This document shows, piece after piece, positions 1-9,235 of a DNA stretch of 64,000 bases. Origin of the DNA: an uncultured Thermoanaerobaculia bacterium (GTDB taxonomy: Bacteria; Acidobacteriota; Thermoanaerobaculia; Multivoradales; JAGPDF01). How positions within the stretch are numbered: the stretch's first letter is position 1; each line of letters starts with the position of its first letter. A program made the position numbers and the translations under genes. The notes beneath the pieces are model-generated. The model saw only the letters and a program-made list of their open reading frames with translations, was not told the DNA's origin and ran no database searches. The stretch covers positions 362 to 64,361 of the forward strand of contig CAZQTL010000002.1 of the NCBI GenBank assembly GCA_964595975.1, written 5' to 3'.

Positions 1-443
1 ATCTTTTCGTTCCCGGAGAGCGCCGCGGCGACGACCTCGTCGAGTACCTCGCCAGTCTGGGCGCCGGAGAAGAGACCAACCGCCTCGGCCTTCTCGCCCG
101 CGCACGTTCCGAGCCCGAGGCCTCCGCGTCGCTCGCCAGGAGCTCCCGCGACAGCCGCTACCAGGCCCTGTGCGCCGCCTGCCACGGAGCGGCGGGTCGC
201 GGTGACGGCCCCCTGGCCGCTCACTTCCCGCGCGTGGCGATCGACCTCACCAAGGCGCGCCTCAACCGGGTTCCCGACCGCGACCCCGCCGGGCTCGCGC
301 ATCTCATCCGCTGGGGCGCGCCGGGGACGGCGATGGCCGGACACGAGACGCTCGGCCCGGAAGAGATCGCCGACCTCGTCCGCACCGTCATCTCCCTCGC
401 TCCACCCCGGGCGGCCGACGGCGCGCGCGCGGAGGTCCGATGA
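1..443 (+). CDS. c-type cytochrome (5' partial, runs off window start)
   Basis: Open frame from base 3. Heme-binding CAACH (CxxCH) motif near nt 171-185. GTAMAGH resembles the Met axial-ligand region. Stop TGA 441-443 overlaps the next ATG (ATGA). Confidence 0.65.
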   Translation, partial: LFVPGERRGDDLVEYLASLGAGEETNRLGLLARARSEPEASASLARSSRDSRYQALCAACHGAAGRGDGPLAAHFPRVAIDLTKARLNRVPDRDPAGLAHLIRWGAPGTAMAGHETLGPEEIADLVRTVISLAPPRAADGARAEVR

Positions 444-2518
444 GCCACCTCCACCGCGGTCCCCTCACCCGTCTGGCGGCCTTCGCCGTCGCGCGTCCGC
501 GCCTCGTGGTGGCGCTGGCCGGCGGCATCGTCCTGAGCGCGCTCGCCCTCGCCGCCACCCACCTCGAGCTCAAGAGCTCGAATCTCGACCTGGTCGATCC
601 CGGCCTGCCGCCGATCGCCGCCTTCCGCGCCTTCGCCCACGAGTTCGGCACTCCCAACATGCTCGTCGTCGGCCTCGAGGGGGCGGAGCCGGAGCGTCTG
701 CGCGCCGCCGTCGACGAGTTGGTGCCGCGCCTCGCCCGCCTGCCGGGAGTGCGCGGCGTTCTCGCCCGCCTGCCCTACGACTTCTCGCAGTCGGCCCTGC
801 CGGGTTTCGAGCCCTACTTCGCCACCCAGGATCGTGAGCTCTACTTCCTCTTCGTCCAGCCGGACGACCCCGAGTCGAGCGCCGCGACCATCGCGCCTTT
901 CGTCGCCGCGGTCCAGGCCGAGCTCGGGCGCGCTCCCCTCGCCGCCCACGGCATCCGCGCGAGCCTCACCGGCCTGCCGAAGTACGCCATCGACGATCGC
1001 GACGTCATCCAGCGCGACGTCTCGCGCATCACCGCCCTGTCGTTCGCAATCATCTTCGCGCTCTTCGCAGTCACCTTCGCCTCCTTCCGGCGACCGCTCG
1101 CCGCCATGGCGACGCTGGCCGTCGCCGTCGCCACCCTGCAGGGGCTGGTGGCCCTCTGGCCCGGCCATCTGACGCTGCTCTCGGCGTTCGCCGGCTCGTT
1201 TCTCTTCGGGCTCGGCATCGACTACGGCATCCATCTCATCGACCGCGTCGAGGAGCTGCTGGCGAGCGGCGAGGACCTGGCTCCGGCGATCGTCGAAGCC
1301 GTGGCGGCACTCGATGCGGGCCTGGTGACCGGTGCCGGGACGACCGTCGCCTCCTTCCTCGCGCTCACCTTCTCCGGCTTCCGCGGCTTCGCCGAGCTCG
1401 GCGCCATCTCCGCCGCCGGCATCGCGCTCTGCCTGGTGGCGATGGTCACCTTGCTGCCGGCGCTCCTCGTCCTCGTGCCGGCGCGACGGCGCCGCGAGAC
1501 GCCGCTGCTCGACCGCCGCTTCGGGCGCATTCTCGTCACCCTGCACGGCAGGCCGCTCGCCGGCGTCCTGGTGCTCGCCGCGCTGGCCCTGGCGACGGTC
1601 GGGATACCGCGGTTCGACGAGGACTACCTCAACCTGCAGCCGAGGGACTCCGCGGCGGTCCGTCTCGAACGCGCCATGGTCGCGCGTTCGACCTATTCGC
1701 CGCAGTTCGCCGCCTTCGTCACGCCTTCCCCGGCGGCCGCCCGCAAGCTGGCGGGCGCCCTCGCCCTCGATGCGACGGTCGGGGCGGTGAGCTCGGTCGC
1801 CGAGCTCGACCGCCTGGCCGCCATCGGCGCGAAACCGACGGCGGAGGCGGCGGCCTTCCGCTCCCACTTCGTCAGCTCCGACGGCCGGTCGGCGGTCTAC
1901 GCGTATCCCAACGGCGACATCTGGGACCCGGTGCGCCGGGACGAGTTCCTGGCCCACATGCGGCGGTTCGATCCGTCGGTCACCGGGATGCCGGTCGTCG
2001 GCGGTTTCATGATCGAGCTCTCGCGCCACGCCTTCCGCGTCGGCGTCCTCCTCGCCGCGCTCGCCGTCCTGCTGATCGTGGCCTGGGACTTCCGCGACCC
2101 GTTGCGCACGGCGATCGCGCTCCTGCCGACCGGGCTGACGCTGCTGGCGCTGCCGGGCCTCATGCGCCTCGCCGGGCTCGAGCTCAACCCGCTCGACGTC
2201 ATGGCTCTGCCGGTGGTGATCGGCGGCGCGGTCGACAACGGCCTGCAGCTCGTCCACCGCTTCGTCGCCGAGCGCGGCGACCTGCGCCGCGCGCTCGCCG
2301 GCACCGGGCGCTCGCTGGCGCTCGCCGCCGTGACCTCGATCGCCGGTTTCGGTCTGGTCGCCTTCTCGGACCACCGCGGCCTGGCGAGCTTCGCTCTCCT
2401 GCTCACGATCGGTCTGGCGGCGGTCCTGGTCTTCTCCATGCTCGTCCTGCCCACCGTGCTCGAGCTCGCGGCGCCGCGGCTGCTGCGCGAGCGCCGCGTC
2501 GCGGGAGGGCCGTCGTGA
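440..2518 (+). CDS. MMPL/RND-superfamily membrane transporter (HpnN-like exporter)
   Basis: 692-aa ORF with hydrophobic TM segments at the N-terminus and mid-protein separated by soluble loops, the layout of MMPL/RND exporters. Stop overlaps the next gene start (GTGA at 2515-2518). Confidence 0.65.
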   Translation: MSHLHRGPLTRLAAFAVARPRLVVALAGGIVLSALALAATHLELKSSNLDLVDPGLPPIAAFRAFAHEFGTPNMLVVGLEGAEPERLRAAVDELVPRLARLPGVRGVLARLPYDFSQSALPGFEPYFATQDRELYFLFVQPDDPESSAATIAPFVAAVQAELGRAPLAAHGIRASLTGLPKYAIDDRDVIQRDVSRITALSFAIIFALFAVTFASFRRPLAAMATLAVAVATLQGLVALWPGHLTLLSAFAGSFLFGLGIDYGIHLIDRVEELLASGEDLAPAIVEAVAALDAGLVTGAGTTVASFLALTFSGFRGFAELGAISAAGIALCLVAMVTLLPALLVLVPARRRRETPLLDRRFGRILVTLHGRPLAGVLVLAALALATVGIPRFDEDYLNLQPRDSAAVRLERAMVARSTYSPQFAAFVTPSPAAARKLAGALALDATVGAVSSVAELDRLAAIGAKPTAEAAAFRSHFVSSDGRSAVYAYPNGDIWDPVRRDEFLAHMRRFDPSVTGMPVVGGFMIELSRHAFRVGVLLAALAVLLIVAWDFRDPLRTAIALLPTGLTLLALPGLMRLAGLELNPLDVMALPVVIGGAVDNGLQLVHRFVAERGDLRRALAGTGRSLALAAVTSIAGFGLVAFSDHRGLASFALLLTIGLAAVLVFSMLVLPTVLELAAPRLLRERRVAGGPS

Positions 2519-3381
2519 ACCCGCGCGCCGGCCGTCTCGTTACGTACGCCCGCCTGGTCCAGCTGCAGCACACGCTGTTCGCGCTGCCCTTCGCCCTCGC
2601 CGGGGCCTTCCTCGGAGCGCGTGGAGTGCCAGGAGCCGGGGCCTTTCTCGCGGTCGCCGCGGCCATGTTCGGACTGCGCACGGCGGCGATGGCCTTCAAC
2701 CGTATCGTCGACCGGCGCTTCGACGCGCGGAATCCGCGTACCGCCGGGCGCGAGCTGCCGACCGGACGGGTCTCGCTCGCGGAGGCCTGGACGATGAGCG
2801 CGCTCGGGCTCGCTCTGTTCCTCGCCGCCTGCCGGGCGCTCAACACCTGGACGCTCGCCCTGGCGCCGCTTGCGATCCTCCTCACCTTCGGCTACTCGCT
2901 GACCAAGCGCTTCACTTCCGGTTCGCACCTCGTGCTCGGCGCCGCCCTCGGTCTGGCCCCGTTCGGCGGCTACCTCGCGACGCACGGCTCACCCGCCGGC
3001 TTTCCCTGGGCGCTCGCCGCCGCCGTCGTCTTCTGGGTCGCCGGTTTCGACGTTCTCTATGCCTGCCTCGACGTCGACTTCGATCGCCGGACTGGCCTGC
3101 ACTCCCTGCCGGCGCGATTCGGGCGCCGCGGTGCACTGCATCTCGCGCGGCTCTTTCATCTCGCCGCCTTCCTGCTCTTCGCGCTCGCCGGCCGGAGCGC
3201 CGGCCTCGGTGCTCCCTGGTGGATCGGCCTGGCGATCGCCGCCGTCGCCTTCTTCGTCCAGCACGCCGTCGTCCGGCCCGACGACCTCGGCCGTGTCCAG
3301 TTCGCTTTCTTTCAGCTGAACGCCGCCGTCTCGACGACCCTCTTTCTCGCCACATGGCTCGCCGTCGCGCCGCCGTTCTGA
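2515..3381 (+). CDS. UbiA-family aromatic prenyltransferase
   Basis: 288 aa with multiple TM helices. Asp-rich motifs NRIVDRRFD and DVDFDRR are typical of UbiA/MenA 4-hydroxybenzoate polyprenyltransferases. GTG start overlaps the upstream stop. Confidence 0.75.
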   Translation: MNPRAGRLVTYARLVQLQHTLFALPFALAGAFLGARGVPGAGAFLAVAAAMFGLRTAAMAFNRIVDRRFDARNPRTAGRELPTGRVSLAEAWTMSALGLALFLAACRALNTWTLALAPLAILLTFGYSLTKRFTSGSHLVLGAALGLAPFGGYLATHGSPAGFPWALAAAVVFWVAGFDVLYACLDVDFDRRTGLHSLPARFGRRGALHLARLFHLAAFLLFALAGRSAGLGAPWWIGLAIAAVAFFVQHAVVRPDDLGRVQFAFFQLNAAVSTTLFLATWLAVAPPF

Positions 3382-4190
3382 GCCTCGCGCTGGCGCTCGT
3401 CGCCTGGCGGTCTTCCGCCGCCCTGGGCGTCCCGGGACCCGACGAGGCGCGCGGAGACGCCGCCTGGACCGAGCGCGCGCTGGGTTTCGCCGCCACCGGA
3501 CGCATCGCCCCTCGACCTCCGGCCGAAGCGGTCGCCGCCTACGAGCGCGCCTGGAGCTCGCAGGGCGCCTCGGCGCGCCTCGCCGGCAAGCTCGTCGCTG
3601 CGCTCTGGTTTCGCGGCCACTTCGTGCTCGCCGACGGGCCGGAGGCCCGGCCACTCTTCGACCGCGCGGTCGAAGTGGCGGAAGCGGCGGTCGCCGCCAG
3701 CGGGAAAACCGGCGGAAGAGAGGAAGCCCAGGCGCACTTCTGGGCCGCCATCGCCTGGGGCGTCTGGGGCATGGATCACGGCTACCTCGCGTCGGGCCTG
3801 CGCGGGGTCGCCGGCCGCATTCGCGCCCACGCCGAGCGCGCGGCGCTGCTCGACGAGTCCTTTGCCGACGCCGGCCCGCAACGGCTACTCGGGCGCCTGC
3901 ACACCGTGACTCCGCGCCTTCCCCTCTTCACCGGCTGGATCGATCCGGCCGAGGGGATTCGGCGGCTGGAGCGCGCGGTGGCGATCTCCACCGCCGACCC
4001 GCGCAACGAGCTCTTTCTCGCCGAGGCGCTCCTTCGCCACGCGCCGCAGCGCCGTCTTGAAGCCCGCGAGCTGCTCGCGCGGGTGGCAGCGAGAACTCCC
4101 GCGCCAGCGGAGGCCGTCGAACAGAGCGAGACCATCGCCGCCGCGAAACGGCAGCTCGCCGAGCTGCAGGAGAACCCGACCTCGAGATGA
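3354..4190 (+). CDS. hypothetical secreted alpha-helical protein
   Basis: In-frame ATG at 3354 followed by a signal-peptide-like LSLALALVAWRSSAALG. The rest is Ala/Leu/Arg-rich helical sequence. Stop overlaps the next ATG (ATGA at 4187-4190). The start is uncertain; the ORF as tracked begins at 3219. Confidence 0.4.
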   Translation: MARRRAAVLSLALALVAWRSSAALGVPGPDEARGDAAWTERALGFAATGRIAPRPPAEAVAAYERAWSSQGASARLAGKLVAALWFRGHFVLADGPEARPLFDRAVEVAEAAVAASGKTGGREEAQAHFWAAIAWGVWGMDHGYLASGLRGVAGRIRAHAERAALLDESFADAGPQRLLGRLHTVTPRLPLFTGWIDPAEGIRRLERAVAISTADPRNELFLAEALLRHAPQRRLEARELLARVAARTPAPAEAVEQSETIAAAKRQLAELQENPTSR

Positions 4191-4864
4191 GCCTCGCCGA
4201 CCCCAGGGAAGATCCTTACGTCGCCTACCTTCACCGCTTCTTCGCCCGCTGGTCGCCGGTGTACGACCTGTTCGCGGCGCCGATCGCCTTCGCCTACCGT
4301 GCCGCCGTGCGGGCCGCCGGAGCGGCTCCAGGGCGGACCGTGCTCGACCTCTGTACCGGTACCGGCGAGATCGCCGGCCGCGCCGCTCGCTGCGGAGCGG
4401 CGGTGACCGCGATCGACCTCACTCCGGGAATGCTCCTGCGGGCTCGACGTAAAGTCGGGCGGCTGGGCGTTCGGCTCGAGCTCGCCGACGCGCGAGCGCT
4501 GCCCTTCGCTGCCGGCAGCTTCGATGCGGTCGTCCTCTCGTTCGCGCTGCACGACATGCCGCGCCCGGTCCGCCTGCAGGTGCTGGCGGAAGCGGTGCGG
4601 GTGGCGGGCGACAAGGTCGTCGTCCTCGACTACGCCTTTCCCCGCCCGGCCTGGGCGCGGCGGGCGAGCCTCGCCGCGCTCGCCTGGTACGAGACCGCCT
4701 ATCTGCGCGGCTTCGCGCGCGAAGAGGTCGAAGAGCTCGCGGCGGCCGCCGGCCTCACCGCGCTCCGCCGTCGCAGCTGGCTGCCGCTACCCTTCGCGCT
4801 GTGGGAGATTCCCGCTCAGGCGGCCGCTTCGGTGGGACGGTCCTCGACGATCCGGCCGTCCTGA
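4187..4864 (+). CDS. class I SAM-dependent methyltransferase (UbiE/COQ5-like)
   Basis: SAM-binding motif I VLDLCTGTGEIA. Acidic motif II D-LTPGML. Post-I ADARALPF and motif III FDAVV. Confidence 0.75.
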   Translation: MSLADPREDPYVAYLHRFFARWSPVYDLFAAPIAFAYRAAVRAAGAAPGRTVLDLCTGTGEIAGRAARCGAAVTAIDLTPGMLLRARRKVGRLGVRLELADARALPFAAGSFDAVVLSFALHDMPRPVRLQVLAEAVRVAGDKVVVLDYAFPRPAWARRASLAALAWYETAYLRGFAREEVEELAAAAGLTALRRRSWLPLPFALWEIPAQAAASVGRSSTIRPS

Positions 4865-5562
4865 ATCCGGACGATCCGGCGCGTGCGCTTTGCCAGCGCA
4901 TTGTCGTGGGTGATGAGGACGAGCGTGTGCCCCTTGGCCGCCAGGTCCTCGAAGAGCGCCATGATGTCCTTGCCCGAAGAGGTGTCGAGGTTGCCGGTCG
5001 GCTCGTCGGCCAGGACGAGCGCCGGCTCGCACGCCAGCGCGCGGGCGATGGCGACGCGCTGCATCTGGCCGCCCGAGAGCTCGGTCGGGCGATGGTGCAT
5101 GCGGTCGGCCAGGCCGACCTGCTCGAACAGCAGCTCGACGCGGGCCTTGCGCTCGCGCGCCCCGGTGCCGTGAAAGAGGAGCGGCAGCTCGACGTTCTCG
5201 TAGGCGGTGATCTGCGGCAGCAGATTGAAACTCTGAAAGACGAAGCCGACCTTGCGGTTGCGGATGTCGGCCAGCTCGTCGACGTCGAGCTCGGCGACCT
5301 CCTCCCCGTGCAGCCGGTACGAGCCGCCGGTCGGCGTGTCGAGGCATCCGACGATATTGAGCAGCGTGGACTTTCCGGAGCCCGACGGCCCGACGATGGC
5401 GACGAACTCGCCGGCCTCCACCCGGAGATCGACCCCCTTCAGCGCTTCGACTTTCACCGCGCCGGTGTCGTAGACCTTGCGCAGATCGCGCATGTCGATG
5501 ATCGCGGGCACTGTCTCCACGGCGCCGATCTTCTTACTATTCCGTCCGACGAACAAGTTCAT
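4816..5562 (-). CDS. ABC transporter ATP-binding protein (MacB/LolD-type)
   Basis: Walker A GPSGSGKST, Q-loop, ABC signature LSGGQMQRVAIARAL, Walker B LVLADEPTGNLD and H-loop HD. An alternative start is at M24 (MRDLRKVYD). Confidence 0.9.
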   Translation of the reverse strand: MNLFVGRNSKKIGAVETVPAIIDMRDLRKVYDTGAVKVEALKGVDLRVEAGEFVAIVGPSGSGKSTLLNIVGCLDTPTGGSYRLHGEEVAELDVDELADIRNRKVGFVFQSFNLLPQITAYENVELPLLFHGTGARERKARVELLFEQVGLADRMHHRPTELSGGQMQRVAIARALACEPALVLADEPTGNLDTSSGKDIMALFEDLAAKGHTLVLITHDNALAKRTRRIVRIQDGRIVEDRPTEAAA

Positions 5563-5573
5563 GGCGCGTTACC

Positions 5574-6830
5574 TCACTCGTAGCGCAGCGCGACCGCGGG
5601 TTGAATGGTCACCGCGCGGCGCGAAGGGAAGAACCCGGCGAGAAATCCGATCATGCCGAGCAGCGAGACCGTGGTGAAGGCGACGCCGAGCGAGAACGTC
5701 GGCGCGCCGAGGAACTCGAGCGCGTCGCTGTTCGCTTTCGATTGCACGAAGGCCAGCAGCTCGACGAGCCCGACGCCGACCGCGATGCCGATGACGCCGC
5801 CCATCGCCGTCAACGACAGCGACTCGACGACCAGCGGACCGATGACGTAGGAACGGCGCGACCCGAGGGCCATCTGGACGCCGATCTCCTTGGTGCGGTG
5901 CTTGACCACCGCGTACATGATGTTGGCGACGCCGATACCGCCGATGAGCAGCGTCAGGGCGCCGATGATGCCGAGGAAGATCTCGATGCCGATGCCGATG
6001 TTGGCCGTGATCTTCTGCGACTCGACGGTATCCCACATCGAGAGCGCCCGCTCGTCGGTCGGGTCGAAGCGGTACTTCGCGCCGAGGATCTCGTAGAGCC
6101 GCTTCTTCACCGCCTCGTTCACCTCCGGACTGGTCGCCTTGACCACCAGGTCGGAGACGTAGCGGCGGCCGAAGAGGGCGCGGAAGGTCGACAACGGGAC
6201 GACGGCGTTGTTGGCATCCGGCCCGCCGTAGGTCCCCATCTGGATCTTCTTCTGCATGACGCCGACGACGGTGAACGGCACCTGGTTGATGAAGATGGTC
6301 TCGCCGATCGCCTCCTTGTCGGCGAACAGCTCGTCCTTGAGGTCGTTGCCGAGAAAGACCACGCGGCGCTTGAGCTCTTCGTCGCGGTCGTTGAGGAAGC
6401 GGCCGCCCACCTGCGGAATCTGGTTGCGCAGCTCGCCGTACGCCGGCTCGACGCCGACGACCGGCTTGGTGAGCGTCTTCCGGCCGTAGGTGACCGTGTT
6501 GCCCCACCGGCGCATCTCGGCCGAGGTCAGGGCGAGCTCCGGGATGTTCGCCTCGAGGAGGTCGGCATCTTCCGGCAGGAAGCGGAGGTTCCGTCCCTGC
6601 GGGAAGCCGGCGAACGCCTTCGAGGTCGCGCCGGGCCAGATGACGATGATCCCCTCGCCGAGTCCGCGGCTGCCCTTCGTCAGGTTGCGCTTCAGGCCCT
6701 CGCCGAACGACAGCAGGAGGACGATCGACAGCGTGCCCCAGGCGATGGCGGCGACGGTCATCACCATGCGCTTGCGGTTGATCCCGGCGGTCCGCCGGAA
6801 GAGCTTGAGGATCAGCGGCAGGTTCCACAT
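5574..6830 (-). CDS. ABC transporter permease, FtsX/MacB family (second permease)
   Basis: Start taken at MWNLPLILKLFRR (ATG 6830-6828), 2 nt after the upstream permease stop. Shows the MacB-type N-terminal TM, periplasmic domain and three C-terminal TMs. The longer track ORF has an Arg-rich N-terminal extension that is not credible. Confidence 0.8.
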   Translation of the reverse strand: MWNLPLILKLFRRTAGINRKRMVMTVAAIAWGTLSIVLLLSFGEGLKRNLTKGSRGLGEGIIVIWPGATSKAFAGFPQGRNLRFLPEDADLLEANIPELALTSAEMRRWGNTVTYGRKTLTKPVVGVEPAYGELRNQIPQVGGRFLNDRDEELKRRVVFLGNDLKDELFADKEAIGETIFINQVPFTVVGVMQKKIQMGTYGGPDANNAVVPLSTFRALFGRRYVSDLVVKATSPEVNEAVKKRLYEILGAKYRFDPTDERALSMWDTVESQKITANIGIGIEIFLGIIGALTLLIGGIGVANIMYAVVKHRTKEIGVQMALGSRRSYVIGPLVVESLSLTAMGGVIGIAVGVGLVELLAFVQSKANSDALEFLGAPTFSLGVAFTTVSLLGMIGFLAGFFPSRRAVTIQPAVALRYE

Positions 6831-6832
6831 CG

Positions 6833-8068
6833 TCACATCCTCAACGCTTCGACCGGCCGGAGGTTGGCGGCGGAGCGCGCCGGGAAGTAGCCCGCCAGCA
6901 GCCCGATCGCCCCCAGGATCGCGGTCGTGATGGCCGCGACCTGGAACGAGATCCGCGGCGTGCCGATGAACTCCTGGAAGCCGAAGCTCGGAAAGACTGC
7001 GCAGACGCTCCAGGAGATGACGAAGCCGCTGACGCCGCCGACGACGGTGATCAGCAGCGTCTCGAAGAGGAACTGGCCGACGACGTAGCGCCGCTTCGCG
7101 CCCAGCGCCATCTTGATTCCGATCTCCTTGGTGCGCTCCTCGACCACGACGTTCATGATGTTGCTGACGCCGATGCCGCCGACGACGAGGGTGAGGGCGC
7201 CGACGACCCCGAGGAAGCCGCGGAAGGCGAGGAAGAAGGTGTCGAGGAACTTCGTCCCCTCGGTCGTATCCCACATCTGGATCGCCTCGTCGTCGGTCGG
7301 GTCGAAGCGGTACTTCTGCGCCGCGGTCGCGATCACCGCCTTCTTGACGCTCTCGATCTTCTGCACGTCCTTGGCCTGGAAGATCAGGTTCTCGATGTAC
7401 TTCGCGCCGTAGATCGCCCGGAAGGTCGTCGACGGGATCATCGCCTTGTCCTTGTCCCGGCCGCTGTAGGAGGAGTCCTGCTCCTTCTTCACCATGACGC
7501 CGATGACGGTGAAGGGCGAGCCGTCGATGCGCACCTGCTCGCCCACCGGATCGACGCCGGCGCCGAACAGGTCCACGGCGAGCTGATCGCCGACGAAGAC
7601 CACCCGCCGGCGCTCGTCGAGGTCGAGCTGGTTGAGGAACCGCCCGCCCACCTGCGGGTTCATCGATCGCATGGCGCCGAATTCGACGTTCGAGCCGGAG
7701 ATGTCGACCGACAAGGCCTTCTTGCCGTAGGTGATGCGCGCGCCGTCCTGCGCGTACTCCTCGCTGATGTTGCGGATCCCCTCGACCTCGGTGCGCAGCA
7801 GGGTGACGTCCTCGTCGGTGAGCTGGATCCTCCGCCCCCGCGGCAACCCCTGCCAGGGCTTGCTGGTGCGCGACGGCCAGGCGATGACGATCGCATCGCC
7901 CAGACCCTTCTGCGCCACCAGCACCTGGCGGTGCAACCCCTCGCCGAAGGCGAGCATCAGGGTCACCGCCGCCGTCCCCCAGACGAGGCCGAAGACGGTC
8001 AGGAAGAGCCGCAGCTTCTGCGCGCGCACGTCGCGCAGGAACTGCCGCAGATAGTTGCGCAGATACAT
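6833..8068 (-). CDS. ABC transporter permease, FtsX/MacB family (first permease)
   Basis: 411 aa beginning MYLRNYLRQFLRDVRAQKLRLFLTVFGLVWGTAAV, the same architecture as its downstream paralog. Confidence 0.8.
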   Translation of the reverse strand: MYLRNYLRQFLRDVRAQKLRLFLTVFGLVWGTAAVTLMLAFGEGLHRQVLVAQKGLGDAIVIAWPSRTSKPWQGLPRGRRIQLTDEDVTLLRTEVEGIRNISEEYAQDGARITYGKKALSVDISGSNVEFGAMRSMNPQVGGRFLNQLDLDERRRVVFVGDQLAVDLFGAGVDPVGEQVRIDGSPFTVIGVMVKKEQDSSYSGRDKDKAMIPSTTFRAIYGAKYIENLIFQAKDVQKIESVKKAVIATAAQKYRFDPTDDEAIQMWDTTEGTKFLDTFFLAFRGFLGVVGALTLVVGGIGVSNIMNVVVEERTKEIGIKMALGAKRRYVVGQFLFETLLITVVGGVSGFVISWSVCAVFPSFGFQEFIGTPRISFQVAAITTAILGAIGLLAGYFPARSAANLRPVEALRM

Positions 8069-8072
8069 CGGA

Positions 8073-9182
8073 TCACTCGACTTCCTTGGCCGGCCGCTGG
8101 ATGACCTTGTCCCCTTCGGCGAGCCCGGCGACGACCTCCAGATTCAGGCCGTCCGAGAGACCGACCTGGATCTCCTTCTTCACCGGCTCGTCCTCGGGCT
8201 TGGCGCCCGGCACTTCGACGGTCGCCTTGTCCTTCTCCATCGTCACCAGCCGCTCGGGCACCAGGAGCACGCCCTGCTTCTCCTGGATGATGACGTCGGC
8301 GTTGGCCGAATAGCCGGCGCGCAGTGTGACGGTGGACTTGGTGGTGTCGATCTCGGCCTCGACGTCGAAGATCGTCGCGCCTTCCTTCTCGCGCGCCTTC
8401 GGCGCGATGCGGGTCAGCTTCGCCGGCACGGAACTCCCGGGCAGAGCGCCGATCTGGATGCGGACCTCCATGCCCTCGTGCAGCTTGCCGACGTCGATCT
8501 CGTCCACGGTGCCCTTGAACTCCAGGGTCTTCATGTCGGCCAGCGTCATCAGGACGGTGCCCTCCTGGAACGAGGTCAGCGGCACCACCGGGTCGCCGGG
8601 ATTCACCTTGCGCTCGAGCACCGTGCCGGCGGCCGAGGCGCGGATCACCGAATCGACGCCGTTCACCTTGCGCACGATCCGCCCTTCCTTGAGGAGGGCC
8701 AGCTTGTCCTTCTCCTGTTCGAGGGTGATGCGCGCCTGGTCGAAGTCCTTCTGCCGGGCGTCGAAGGCGTCGCGCGCCAGGATGCCGCCACTCCACAGCG
8801 ACTTGGTGCGCTCGAGATCCTGCTGCGCCCGGTCGTAGGCGACCTGCGAGAGTTGGACGCGGCGCTCCGCGTCGGCGAGCTCGAGCGGCGTCGGATCCGG
8901 ACTGACCGAGAACAACGGCTGGCCGACCTCGACGCGATCGCCGACCTCGACGAAGCACTCGTCGATGATGCCGGAGATCTGCGACTTCACCTGGATCTCC
9001 TGGTCGGGCACCACCTGACCGACCGCGAGCGCCTTGTCGATGATGGCGCCGCGAGTCACGTCCACCGTCTTCAGTCCTTCCTGCTTCGCCGAGGCGTTGC
9101 GGCTGTAGAGAAAGAGGCCAACCGCCGCGACTCCGACCGCCAGCGATCCGACCACGATTTTCATCGGCTTGCCCATTGTCAT
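8073..9182 (-). CDS. efflux periplasmic adaptor subunit (HlyD/MacA family)
   Basis: N-terminal TM anchor, a coiled-coil region (QVAYDRAQQDLERTKSL...RITLEQEKDKLALLKEG) and beta-barrel/lipoyl-like segments. Sits immediately upstream of the two MacB-type permeases and the ATPase. Confidence 0.8.
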   Translation of the reverse strand: MTMGKPMKIVVGSLAVGVAAVGLFLYSRNASAKQEGLKTVDVTRGAIIDKALAVGQVVPDQEIQVKSQISGIIDECFVEVGDRVEVGQPLFSVSPDPTPLELADAERRVQLSQVAYDRAQQDLERTKSLWSGGILARDAFDARQKDFDQARITLEQEKDKLALLKEGRIVRKVNGVDSVIRASAAGTVLERKVNPGDPVVPLTSFQEGTVLMTLADMKTLEFKGTVDEIDVGKLHEGMEVRIQIGALPGSSVPAKLTRIAPKAREKEGATIFDVEAEIDTTKSTVTLRAGYSANADVIIQEKQGVLLVPERLVTMEKDKATVEVPGAKPEDEPVKKEIQVGLSDGLNLEVVAGLAEGDKVIQRPAKEVE

Positions 9183-9235
9183 CTCCTCGTAAGATCAGCC
9201 TGCTGCTCACTACGACTGCCGGGAACGGAGGTTTC

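Noticed and set aside
221-2374. 717-aa minus-strand ORF antisense to the MMPL transporter gene
   Set aside because: Arg/Gly/Asp-rich low-complexity translation typical of antisense frames in 70% GC DNA. The sense-strand gene has clear transporter features.
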